64,000 bases of DNA from Candidatus Velesiimonas alkalicola (GCA_013626165.1 NDHX01000006.1:2060-66059), one strand, 5' to 3'. Numbered from the stretch's first letter, positions 30,220-39,313 are shown. Numbers and translations: made by a program. Notes: generated by a model not told the origin, from the sequence alone.

Positions 30220-31712
30220 GCGAGCTGTTTCTTATCAGCAAAGTCTATTTTTTCTTTGCTGTCATCGTACCCATCAAGAAAGTCTTTTACTCTGTTAATA
30301 TAGCCCTCTGAGTGTTCTCGTTCAATTTCTCTAAGTTCATATCCTGCAAAGAGTTTTTTCAAGTTTTTTTCTTCGTTTCTGAGGCTTGAATTTTTCTCGC
30401 GATAGACATCTTCGCCAAGCAAATTTTCCAGATAAGCGTCTGTAAGTCTTGACTGTTTTTCTTGGTTAATTTTCAGCTTATCTTTGAACAAACCCACGTC
30501 ATTGCGAGGTGTTGACATCCCTGATGTCAACACCGAAGCAATCTCAAGACCAGTCCCTGTCGTCCATCGGCTCTGTTTTAGGCGTTCGTTTTGGACCAAC
30601 TGAGCAACTATTTTTGTGGCCTCCGGCTCTATATCCTCTGCCTTCACTGCCCTGTTGGTACAATTTATATGGCTTGAATAAGGACCTGAACACCTATACT
30701 AACGTTTCTTCCTATTCAAGCGATGGTTTGATATGGACGATACACCTGTATACCTATGATTGCACTTAGCACAAGCGATAAGACCTGTCAAAAGATACTC
30801 TTGACTTTTTGTTCTCGGTCGCCATGTTCGTGTCTTGTTCGCCAGCAGCTTCTGAACTTCTACAAAATCTTCTCCATCTATGATAGGCTTATGCCTTCCC
30901 TGTGCAACAAGAACTTTAGAAGGATCATTTCTGATATATTTGTAATGTTTTTTGGTTTTCTGATTCTTGTCATAGTGTTTTTTATTCCAAACAATCTTAC
31001 CGGTGTAAATCTGATTCTTAAGTATGTCACAAACAAACTTGTTGTAAAATTGTTTGCCTGTCCTTGTCTTGTATCCTTTCCTATCAAGGTATGCTGCTAT
31101 GTCGTGTGTGCTCTTGCCGGAAATATACATCGTATATATCAGCTTAACGATATTCGTTTCTCTTTCTTCAACCTCTAATAGCTTCTTGGTTTTGTTATAA
31201 GCATAGCCGAATGGCGCAAATCGTGCGCCTTGCCAGTTGCCTTGTTGAACGCCTTTCATCATGCCAGGGAATACCCTTTCAGCAATCCGGTTTCTTTCAA
31301 ACTCGGCAAACGAGCCAAGCTGCTGAAACATCAGTGTCCCTGCTGATGTCGTTGTGTCAAAAGGTTCTGTTGCAGATTTGAAGCCAACGCCATAGGAAGA
31401 TAGCTCATCCACCAGCATAAGCAAGTCTTTAAGGTTGCGACTAAAGCGATCGATCTTATGGACCAACACAAGCTCAAACCTCTTTGCCTTCGCATCAGCA
31501 AGCAACTGTTGTAAAGCCGGGCGACGCGTGGAATATGCACTTATGCCATCATCGCAATACACCTTGAAAACTTCATATCCTTCACGATTAGCAAAGGATT
31601 CAAGGTATTCTTTTTGTACTTCTAAAGAATAACCTTCTTTGGCTTGGTCTTCAGTAGATACTCGTGTATAAATTGCTATTCTTAGCTTTTCATTCATTTT
31701 TAATATCCACAA
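30129..31712 (-). pseudogene. Large serine recombinase (integrase), split by a frameshift into 337-aa and 172-aa ORFs
   Basis: The N-terminal resolvase catalytic domain (IYTRVSTEDQ, Ser nucleophile) is followed by a recombinase domain and a zinc ribbon (CAKCNHRY). The coiled-coil C-terminal part continues in another frame from 30647. The last ~30 codons run into repeat A. Confidence 0.75.
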
Positions 31713-31733
31713 TATTATTAGCGCACAATAGAC

Positions 31734-32318
31734 TTATTTTAATCCCTTTATTAAACTTTCTATCGTATCAACAAAATCTATCGCATTTTTATAAACCTTT
31801 TCAGCATCTTTTTGCGCAATAACTGCATCTGCCTTATACTGTGCTGTATTTCTTTTGGATTTCGTGGCCCACATTCTATTAACATATTTCTCATCAAGCT
31901 TTTTTGCAGATTTTATCTTCTCGATGTCCTCTGATTCTATGGTCTTTTCTTTGAAAACAAAATGATATTCTAAACCCTCAATAAGGCTTTCATGGCTTTG
32001 GGCTTTTATCCCTATTGCGGCCAACGCAGCTGTTGCCGCATGAAACATTGCATAATATCCACAGCTTATAGTCCAATCATATCCAATATAATCGGCACTT
32101 ACTTTTAGTCTTTTCTTGCTCTCGTTATCTTCCGAAACCTCCATAAGTAAAGAACCTGTCTCGATATTATGCCTTGCTTTATCAACATGATATTTTACCA
32201 GCGCTGTAATTGTGGGGTCTACTTTTAAATCGCCATTATCAAAATAACCTTTTACTTTTATTTTTAGCATTTCTTTCTTCAAATCACTCATTTTATTACC
32301 TCCAATATTAGTTCCCAA
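31734..32318 (-). CDS. HEPN-domain protein (partner of the upstream nucleotidyltransferase)
   Basis: 194 aa with an all-helical HEPN-like pattern and a KRNTAQY segment. It overlaps the upstream MNT gene. Confidence 0.6.
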   Translation of the reverse strand: MGTNIGGNKMSDLKKEMLKIKVKGYFDNGDLKVDPTITALVKYHVDKARHNIETGSLLMEVSEDNESKKRLKVSADYIGYDWTISCGYYAMFHAATAALAAIGIKAQSHESLIEGLEYHFVFKEKTIESEDIEKIKSAKKLDEKYVNRMWATKSKRNTAQYKADAVIAQKDAEKVYKNAIDFVDTIESLIKGLK

Positions 32319-32911
32319 AATTTCTCTGCACCAAACAATATTACTTTATTTTTTAAGATCTCCTTGGCTACATTATGCTCCTTATCTTTTAACATTGTTA
32401 ATAAATTTGTTGGCTCAGAAACCAAAGGGTTTATTTCGACACCAAAACCTTTTGACAAGGCGACACATTCCATATCAATAATTTCATCATATTTCTTTTT
32501 TGAAGGGATAAGGATAAAAAGATCGATATCGCTTTTTTTAAAGTCGGTCCCTTTAGCCAAAGATCCAAATAGAACAACAGAAAGTAAGTTAAAATCTGTT
32601 TTCTTAGGCAATACCGAAAGAAGCTTTTCAACTACGAAGAAAATTTTATCCCTCTTCTTTAAAAAATCTTCGGCTATCTGATTCGATATTTTAACAAAAC
32701 TCGTTTTGACTTCTGGATTCTTGTAGTTAGGCCTGCAATACTTGCGGTTCGAACGCTGGTCGACAATTATAATATCCTTCTCTTTTAATTCTTCGACCTG
32801 CCTGTATACATAACTATAAGAAATATTTGTTTTCGTTGCTAACTCATTTATTGTAAACTGGGCATATACATCATCATAGAATAGCCTTATTATTTTATCT
32901 TTCATGTTCAA
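32288..32911 (-). CDS. Winged-HTH + minimal nucleotidyltransferase (MNT) protein
   Basis: 207 aa with an N-terminal wHTH and an NTase motif LFGSLAKG...DIDLFIL (GS...DxD). Confidence 0.7.
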   Translation of the reverse strand: MNMKDKIIRLFYDDVYAQFTINELATKTNISYSYVYRQVEELKEKDIIIVDQRSNRKYCRPNYKNPEVKTSFVKISNQIAEDFLKKRDKIFFVVEKLLSVLPKKTDFNLLSVVLFGSLAKGTDFKKSDIDLFILIPSKKKYDEIIDMECVALSKGFGVEINPLVSEPTNLLTMLKDKEHNVAKEILKNKVILFGAEKFWELILEVIK

Positions 32912-33042
32912 CCTCCATTATCACTTGTGGTGATAATATTATCACCAACGCTGATATATGTCAAGCTAAATTTTGAAGAGTGAAATTTTGAAGAGGGCTG
33001 GGAAATATGCGCACGCCCGTTTTGGGTGGGGAATTTCCTTTC

Positions 33043-33503
33043 CGGCTGCTTTTTAGCAGCGGCTAGGGAGCTGATGCAGTCCCGCCGCAGGCGGGGCAAA
33101 AACATCAAAATCGCCCACAAAAAGCTCTTTTCTTTTGAATTTTTTGCCCCCTTTAATTTTTTATTTTTTGAGGAAAAACAAAAATGCCAAACCAAGAACC
33201 TAAAAAGAGTTACAAATTTTTTGCCTCCAAAGTCTTTATCCGGACTTTCGGCTGGCCTTATGCTTCGGCTTTACAATATACTTTATTTGTTCTTTAAGAT
33301 TCAATGAACTTTAGGCACCGCCTGCTTAGGCAGGCTCCCGGTGTGGTGTTTGCACCGTTCAGCTTCGCTGTCGCTCAGCTTCACTCCACGCTCGCTTGGA
33401 CGCTCGCTAAAGTGGTAATGCAATAGTCCGATTCGGCTTTGTGTTGGACGCATTTTGGGTGGCGGCAAAATGCGCCCAACACCCTGCGTCCTCAACCTCG
33501 CAA
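33043..33503. repeat. Inverted copy (B) of the ~450-bp unit that is also present at 37584-38021
   Basis: It holds a diverged reverse complement of the 167-bp miaB-promoter repeat (33043-33200), then cttcggctttacaatatactttatttgttctttaagattcaatgaac, then a GC-rich ~190-bp segment (33315-33503) nearly identical to the reverse complement of 37584-37772. Confidence 0.85.
33315..33503 (+). ncRNA. Candidate structured ncRNA, copy 1 (unknown class), GC-rich with nested stems
   Basis: ~60% GC in a ~35% GC context. Multiple perfect stems (CACCG-CCUGC-UUAG-GCAGG-..-CGGUG; GCAUUUUG/CAAAAUGC inside GUUGG/CCAAC). It is duplicated exactly, and the only ORF is a duplicated composition artefact. Confidence 0.4.
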
Positions 33504-33594
33504 AAACTAAATCCGTTTTCCTTTTTTATTGCGGCCGCCGCCTGAACCGCCGTTTAGAAGAATTTTTAAAGTTTAACATATATGGGACCCTCCC

Positions 33595-34059
33595 TCAAAA
33601 TTTAAATTGAGCCGGAGGAGAATCTTTTTTGATAATCTCTTTAATTAAATCAACAAACTTTTCAGCCATATTCAAGGCATTGCTGGCTTCTGTCTTTGAA
33701 ATAGATATATCAACATCGTATGTAAATATGTTGCGCTTCTTCCTCATCTCGTCAAAACGAGCTACGATGATTTCAAATTCTTTTCCTAAGAAATGCGACA
33801 TAAATTCCACAACGGTTTTGTGCTGATAGCCGTCTGTAGGACGAAAACCTTTTAGGAGCATAAATGCTCTTCCCGCATGCAACATTGCTAAATATGCGAC
33901 TGTATAAGCAATACCTTCATCGATATCCAAATTAGCTTTTGATGTTTTTAAATCTTTAAATGAACGCGAAATAAGCTTTTCGACTGCACGGTAATTGCAT
34001 TTCTGTCTCTTTAATAGCCCTTTATTTAGGTATTCTTCAATAAATTTTTCAAAAGTCAT
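33595..34059 (-). CDS. HEPN-domain protein
   Basis: 154 aa with the R-x4-6-H-like motif region RKKRNIFTYD and a helical bundle. It overlaps the MNT gene. Confidence 0.65.
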   Translation of the reverse strand: MTFEKFIEEYLNKGLLKRQKCNYRAVEKLISRSFKDLKTSKANLDIDEGIAYTVAYLAMLHAGRAFMLLKGFRPTDGYQHKTVVEFMSHFLGKEFEIIVARFDEMRKKRNIFTYDVDISISKTEASNALNMAEKFVDLIKEIIKKDSPPAQFKF

Positions 34060-34621
34060 TTTTATCTCCTACTAAAAATATTTTCGAATCCTCTAAAAGG
34101 TCTGATATGAAGGGATCCTTTTCTCTCTTCTTCTTTATAAAATCTCTCTTCGAATATAAGCTATAATTTATTTCTCTTTTTAGAACTTTTTCTAATTTTC
34201 CTATTCCTGTTACTAATTTATCTTCGTCTACTTTGCCTATTATAAACAAATCAATGTCGCTTTTAGCGTTCTCTTCATTTTTGGCGAACGAACCATAAAT
34301 AAAAGCTGCTTCAACACCTTTTATCTTTTCAAGGATATCTTTTAACAACCCTTTTATGCCGATTGTTTTAAACACCATGCTTTTCATCTCTTCAAATAGC
34401 GGATAAGACTTGTTGAGAAAGAAATAAACGAGATTCCCTTTTCTGGATGAGGCAAAAATGCCAGCTTCTTCCAGATGAAGCAATTCCTTGCGAATCATAC
34501 TTACAGGGATATCGAGAATACGCTCAAGCTCTCTCAGGTAATATTCGCTCTGTGGATTTGTGTAAAATAGCCTAAACAGCGCCTTTCGTGTTTTAGATTT
34601 GAAAACGTTTGTTATATCCAT
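34049..34621 (-). CDS. HTH + minimal nucleotidyltransferase (MNT) protein
   Basis: 190 aa with an NTase motif YGSFAKNE...DIDLFII and an N-terminal HTH. Confidence 0.7.
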   Translation of the reverse strand: MDITNVFKSKTRKALFRLFYTNPQSEYYLRELERILDIPVSMIRKELLHLEEAGIFASSRKGNLVYFFLNKSYPLFEEMKSMVFKTIGIKGLLKDILEKIKGVEAAFIYGSFAKNEENAKSDIDLFIIGKVDEDKLVTGIGKLEKVLKREINYSLYSKRDFIKKKREKDPFISDLLEDSKIFLVGDKNDF

Positions 34622-34737
34622 CTCTTGTAATCCTTTCGTATTACAATTGTAATACTTTTATATAACAATGTCAAACTAAAATTTCACCGTTTTCCTCATT
34701 TATGCTGGTCAAGCAGCATGTATTATAGAAATGCGAT

Positions 34738-36030
34738 TTATATATTTAAAACCTCTCCATCGGTTAGAATCCTGACATTTTTGAAAAGATTAGGATAACT
34801 GTTCGGGTCAAAAGTATGAATCGGAATTAGTATTCTTGGCTTCATTGCTGATGTAAAGGCTTTTAGATCCTCTGGCTTGGCATGCCCGCTTGTATGAATA
34901 TATTCCAGAGTCAGTCTCTTGCTTTTACAAAACGCCCTAAATCCTATGGAAAGATATCCATCCCACATAGAATAAGCTATTGTGGCACCTGCTACATCAA
35001 TGATCTTTTTTAGTATCAAAGGGAAAACAGAATTATCGCGTGCGAGCATAAGAATCCTATTTTTATTTTTGCTAATTTCAGGCATTTCAATCTTTCTTTT
35101 GTTGTAAGCATAGAGCAGGTTTTTATGGCCTGCCTGAGCAAGCGCCTTCGCGTGTGCATCGAGAAATTTAACTCTCACATTTTTCCAATTAAACTGAGGA
35201 ATTTTCCCAGAGACTTGCTTGAGTTTATCCAGAATAAAGGCGGTATAAATATCAATAACAAAGGTTGAATCTGTTTTGAGGCACGCCCTATACGCCGACA
35301 CTATCCGGTCAATATTTTGCGATGAGGCAAATAGAAAGGTTATATTTCTTCTCTCTGATATAATTTCTTCTAGCCGCCTTTCAACGTCTTCCTCAGTTTT
35401 ATACTGGGCATCCTCTCTGCCAAGAGCCGAACCCTCCATAAGCAGACAGTCTATATTTTGAGGTGGTCTCTTGACTATTTGATTAAATAATATTGCTTTT
35501 CTCCCATGGGCCCTGAAATCTCCTGAATAAAATAGCCTCTTGCCTTCTGTCTCAATTAGGAATGCAAGCGCATCAAAGGCAGAATGGTCAACCAGAAAAG
35601 GCGTAACATTAAAATCGCCTATGTTCAACTGCTTTTTATTACTAATCACCTTTGTATTTAGCTTGCCAACTTTGGTGGGAACAAAAATATTTGAAACTTC
35701 AATAAGAAGCTCGGCGCCCTTACTTAAATAAATCGGTATCTCTGGATTTACGTACTGAAGGAAGCCGTAATGATCAAGGTGGGAATGAGAAATCAAGATT
35801 CCATCAATGCCTTTTTTCTCATCCTTAAAAAGCCCTTTTATATCGGGAAGGATCTTCTGCTCTTTAAGCTCTTGAAGGGACTTACCTTTAAGCTGTTTTA
35901 CTTCGAACGGCTGATGGTCACGAGAAACCAAAGGTATGCCAAAATCGACTAGGATTCTATTATTGACTGTCTTTAACTCAACACAACTTCCGCCAATCTC
36001 ATGAGTACCACGATGGATGATTATTTGCAT
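34738..36030 (-). CDS. Metallo-beta-lactamase fold nuclease of the beta-CASP type (RNase J/CPSF/SNM1-like)
   Basis: 430 aa with HxHxDH (SHSHLDHYG), downstream His/Asp motifs (VDHSAF, YSGDFR), and C-terminal TSGHA/IPIHT beta-CASP-like motifs. Confidence 0.7.
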   Translation of the reverse strand: MQIIIHRGTHEIGGSCVELKTVNNRILVDFGIPLVSRDHQPFEVKQLKGKSLQELKEQKILPDIKGLFKDEKKGIDGILISHSHLDHYGFLQYVNPEIPIYLSKGAELLIEVSNIFVPTKVGKLNTKVISNKKQLNIGDFNVTPFLVDHSAFDALAFLIETEGKRLFYSGDFRAHGRKAILFNQIVKRPPQNIDCLLMEGSALGREDAQYKTEEDVERRLEEIISERRNITFLFASSQNIDRIVSAYRACLKTDSTFVIDIYTAFILDKLKQVSGKIPQFNWKNVRVKFLDAHAKALAQAGHKNLLYAYNKRKIEMPEISKNKNRILMLARDNSVFPLILKKIIDVAGATIAYSMWDGYLSIGFRAFCKSKRLTLEYIHTSGHAKPEDLKAFTSAMKPRILIPIHTFDPNSYPNLFKNVRILTDGEVLNI

Positions 36031-36896
36031 TGCTTAATCAAATTCTCCAATTTTATCGACGACACACTACCTATTGGATAATAAGTAATGGCTCTCTCGA
36101 TTTTTTCTTTAAATAAATCCTTAAACCTTCCTTTCAACTGATCGCGGTCAAATCCAAATATTATCAAAGGAACTGTAGGGCATATCTTCTCCGGTTCAGG
36201 TAAGGATATCTGGAATAAATCATTAACTATCTTCGTATAATTGTTATATGCCGCGATGATTTGGCCCTCTTTATCTTTGATTTGGTCAGTATATCTTCTT
36301 ATCTGTTCCACTACTTTTATGTTCTCAACCTTTTCTGCCCATATCTCGCTGTTTGAAAAGTGTTTTACCTCACAGAAGATTAATCTATTCTTTTCTTTTT
36401 CAAATAAGAGTATATCGATTCTATCCTGCAACCTATCTTCTTCTATCGCCTCAAATGAAACTTCGATATCCAAAACCACAACGCTCGAATTTTTCGTTTT
36501 TGAACTCGCGAACGAATGATTTTCATATATTTTAGAAACTCCTTGAGCTTCAACTCCTGAATATAAAGAACAATTTTCTTTTATCCTTTCATAGCCGTCG
36601 GTAAAACTTTGTATTTGTTTCAGATTCCCAAGCATTAGCTCGGTAATATACGCTTCGGGATATTCTTTATATGCCGAAGCATACTTAACGTGCGTTTTAA
36701 ATCCTTCTTTGTCATATGAGAATAATCTGCCACCATAATGATAAAAATCTATTACTTCATTTCGTATTGCCGGAAAAACTTCGCCATTATCCTTAATATC
36801 CGGCAACAATTGTTTATATAAAGGCTCCTCTATCAACTTTTTCTTCAATTCTTCATTCATTGTCCGCTTAAACTTCCACTTCTCTTCCTTGCTCAT
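36021..36896 (-). CDS. Hypothetical protein with a possible PD-(D/E)xK nuclease core
   Basis: 291 aa. The central VVLDIEVSF...DRIDILLFEKEKNRLIFCEVKH resembles a D...D/E-x-K restriction-endonuclease-fold motif. It overlaps the MBL gene by 10 nt and the TPR gene by 4 nt, so the three are translationally coupled. Confidence 0.35.
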   Translation of the reverse strand: MSKEEKWKFKRTMNEELKKKLIEEPLYKQLLPDIKDNGEVFPAIRNEVIDFYHYGGRLFSYDKEGFKTHVKYASAYKEYPEAYITELMLGNLKQIQSFTDGYERIKENCSLYSGVEAQGVSKIYENHSFASSKTKNSSVVVLDIEVSFEAIEEDRLQDRIDILLFEKEKNRLIFCEVKHFSNSEIWAEKVENIKVVEQIRRYTDQIKDKEGQIIAAYNNYTKIVNDLFQISLPEPEKICPTVPLIIFGFDRDQLKGRFKDLFKEKIERAITYYPIGSVSSIKLENLIKQCK

Positions 36897-37410
36897 GTTA
36901 ACCTCTCTGGTTTAATTAGCCTCTTCATAATGTCATCCACGCATCGCAGGGCATCTTTATCATTTGGACAAAGCTCAAGTCCTTTATCAAAAGAAAGTAA
37001 TGCGTCCCAATATCTGCCTTTCTTTTTTAACGCCATGCCCCTGTTAAACCATATGCAGACATTGCGTTGCGCTATTTTAAGCGCTTCCTCAAAACACTCC
37101 ATTGATTCTTGTTCTCTACTCATCCTTAATAAACACGCCCCTTTATTTTCTAGGGCATCAATATTTTTTGGATTAATCTCCAGGGCTTTATTATAGCACT
37201 TTAACTCTTCAGTATTCTTATCAAGAAGAAAAAAGCATATCCCTTACGAAACCACGCCACGTCATCTGATGGATTTAGTTCTATGGCGCGATCATAACAA
37301 GCAACGGCATCCTCGTACATTTCTGCCTTACAGTAAATCTCTGCTGATTCATGCCAGTTAACAGCTTCTTTCATTATTTCTCCAAAAATAAAAAATCCTC
37401 CGCCGGTCAT
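36893..37410 (-). pseudogene. TPR-repeat protein, apparently split into two ORFs (37410-37201 and 37123-36893)
   Basis: Both fragments show TPR consensus (W-LG-Y-A-F-A-P). A ~75-bp gap with a frame change lies between them. Confidence 0.5.
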
Positions 37411-37583
37411 AACTTTACCAACGAAGGTTTTACTTTTTTAACGTCCGGGATTTCCCCCCTTCAAACACGGAACAAATATCTAATTTTAACTTTATTATAT
37501 CAAGTTTATTTACTTTGTCAACGATTTTCAGGACCATTTGACTTACCCAGCAGACACACGAGAATACAGTGTAAAATACTACA

Positions 37584-37772
37584 TTGCGAGGTTGAGGACG
37601 CAGGGTGTTGGGCGCATTTTGCCGCCACCCAAAATGCGTCCAACACAAAGCCGAATCGGACTATTGCATTACCACTTTAGCGAGCGTCCAAGCGAGCGTG
37701 GAGTGAAGCTGAGCGACAGCGAAGCTGAACGGTGCAAACACCACACCGGGAGCCTGCCTAAGCAGGCGGTGC
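37584..37772 (-). ncRNA. Candidate structured ncRNA, copy 2 (reverse complement of copy 1)
   Basis: Near-identical to the reverse complement of 33315-33503. It is positioned ~90 bp downstream (minus sense) of the duplicated miaB promoter copy. Confidence 0.4.
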
Positions 37773-37855
37773 CTAAAGTTCATTGAATCTTAAAGAACAA
37801 ATAAAGTATATTGTAAAGCCGAAGCATAAGGCCATCCGAAAGTTCGAATGTAGAC

Positions 37856-38021
37856 TTTTTTTGGCATATTTTTATAAGTTTTTGATTCTTTTGACATTGT
37901 AGTTTCTTTTCTGTTTCTGAAAACAAAAAATTAAAGGGGGCAAAAAGAAAAAAAGAAATTTTTTTGTGGTAACGCCCCGCCGATGGCGGGGGCGATCTTG
38001 ATGTTTTTAAAAAGCAGCCCG
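37856..38021. repeat. 167-bp direct repeat C (copy of the miaB terminator/promoter/first 14 codons)
   Basis: Matches 30053-30219, including atgtcaaaagaatcaaaaacttataaaaatatgccaaaaaaa (MSKESKTYKNMPKK). Confidence 0.9.
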
Positions 38022-38177
38022 CACATCTCTTTCTTGGTAGCAAAATCTATTTTTTCCTAAACGTGCGGGTTTAATTAATCCTTTTCTCTCCCAGATCCCA
38101 AGTGTAGCTGGGCAAACTTTTAAAGACTTGGAGACTATACCGATAGTATAAACTGGTTCTTTATATCCATATTCCAT
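38007..38177 (-). CDS. Small MerR-family HTH protein (56 aa), candidate excisionase/recombination directionality factor
   Basis: MEYGYKEPVYTIGIVSKSLKVCPATLGIWERKGLIKPARLGKNRFCYQERDVRAAF has a MerR/Xis-type HTH. It is below the 60-aa cutoff of the ORF track, and its last codons lie inside repeat C. Confidence 0.45.
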   Translation of the reverse strand: MEYGYKEPVYTIGIVSKSLKVCPATLGIWERKGLIKPARLGKNRFCYQERDVRAAF

Positions 38178-38254
38178 CCTAAACCTCCTCTTTTTCTCAA
38201 TATAGAGGTTTTTATATCATATATAAATACTATTGTCAAATGGATTGCAAGTAA

Positions 38255-38494
38255 TTACTCTACAATGTCTCCAACTACTGGCTCAACCTTTACGCCTTGT
38301 CGTTCCAAATACCTTCTTCCCTTTTCCAAATTCTCCTTTGTGCCACTCAACTCTAAAGTTACTTCTCCTATTTTTTCTGTAACCTTTGCCCTGCGGATAT
38401 TCGGGACTACTTCATACTTCTTTGCCATAGTATAAATCACAGGCTTCTTAATTAGCCTTTGGGGAAATACTAAATGTACCATTTTCTTTGCCAT
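38255..38494 (-). CDS. NIL-domain protein (MetN C-terminal-like small ferredoxin-fold domain)
   Basis: 79 aa with the PNI(R/L) signature region. It sits in a sulfur-carrier gene context. Confidence 0.5.
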   Translation of the reverse strand: MAKKMVHLVFPQRLIKKPVIYTMAKKYEVVPNIRRAKVTEKIGEVTLELSGTKENLEKGRRYLERQGVKVEPVVGDIVE

Positions 38495-38497
38495 AGC

Positions 38498-39313
38498 TTA
38501 CTCCTCCTTTATTTTCTTGAGACTACAAAACTCCTCATAATCTATTAGTTTTGTAACTGTTGGGCTTTCTCCGCAAATTTGGCATTTTGGATCTTTGGGA
38601 ACCTTAACCTGCCGAAAAGAAGAATCCAAAGCATTAAATACTAAAAGCTTCCCTGCTAGAAGATTTCCTATTTCTAAGATATATTTTAGTGCCTCATTTG
38701 CTTGGATTGTGCCAATTATCCCAGCAACTGCCCCCAATATGCCTGCTTCTTGGCAACTTGGCACAAGGCCAGGTAGTGGTGGTTCTGGAAATAAACATCT
38801 ATAACAAGCGCTTTGATGCGGCAATATTGTGATTGCCTGACCGTCAAATCTAAATATGCCTCCATGAGATAATGGCTTACGAGATATGACACAGGCATCA
38901 TTTACCAAATAGCGCGTTGGAAAGTTATCCGAGCCGTCAACAATAATGTCGTAATTCCGAATAATATCCAATATGTTTTCTGAAGTAAGCCTGAGGTTAT
39001 AAGTAATAACTTCCACATCGGGATTTATACCAGTCATTCTCTCCTTTGCGGATTCAACCTTAGTCTTTCCCACGTTTGAATTCGAATGGAGAATCTGTCT
39101 TTGAAGGTTATTAAGTTCAACCTTATCTGAATCTACAATCCCGATCTTACCAATTCCTGCAGAAGCTAAGTATAATGCGCAAGGAGACCCTAATCCACCT
39201 GCACCTATTATTAAGACTTTGGCATTAAGTAATTTCTCTTGGCCTTTTCCGCCTACATTGGGTAGTATTATCTGCCGTGAATATCTTTCAATTTGGTCTT
39301 CGCGTAATTTCAT
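38498..39313 (-). CDS. E1-like adenylyltransferase of the MoeB/ThiF/MoeZ family with C-terminal CxxC zinc motifs
   Basis: 271 aa with a Rossmann ATP-binding GAGGLGS motif and downstream CYRC and CQIC pairs. Confidence 0.85.
   Translation of the reverse strand: MKLREDQIERYSRQIILPNVGGKGQEKLLNAKVLIIGAGGLGSPCALYLASAGIGKIGIVDSDKVELNNLQRQILHSNSNVGKTKVESAKERMTGINPDVEVITYNLRLTSENILDIIRNYDIIVDGSDNFPTRYLVNDACVISRKPLSHGGIFRFDGQAITILPHQSACYRCLFPEPPLPGLVPSCQEAGILGAVAGIIGTIQANEALKYILEIGNLLAGKLLVFNALDSSFRQVKVPKDPKCQICGESPTVTKLIDYEEFCSLKKIKEE

Noticed and set aside
30129-30647. 172-aa ORF as an independent gene
   Set aside because: It is the coiled-coil C-terminal continuation of the large serine recombinase in a shifted frame, so it is annotated as one frameshifted recombinase. 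Its low-complexity tail (..PQKNFFFSFCPL) is read-through into the repeat.
33301-33495. ORF MRTQGVGRILPPPKMRPTQ... (and its twin at 37538-37786) as a protein-coding gene
   Set aside because: The identical ORF appears on both copies only because the DNA is an inverted duplicate. It is Arg/Pro/Gly-rich as expected from translating GC-rich non-coding DNA, and the sequence forms extensive perfect RNA stems. It is treated as part of a structured element rather than a CDS.
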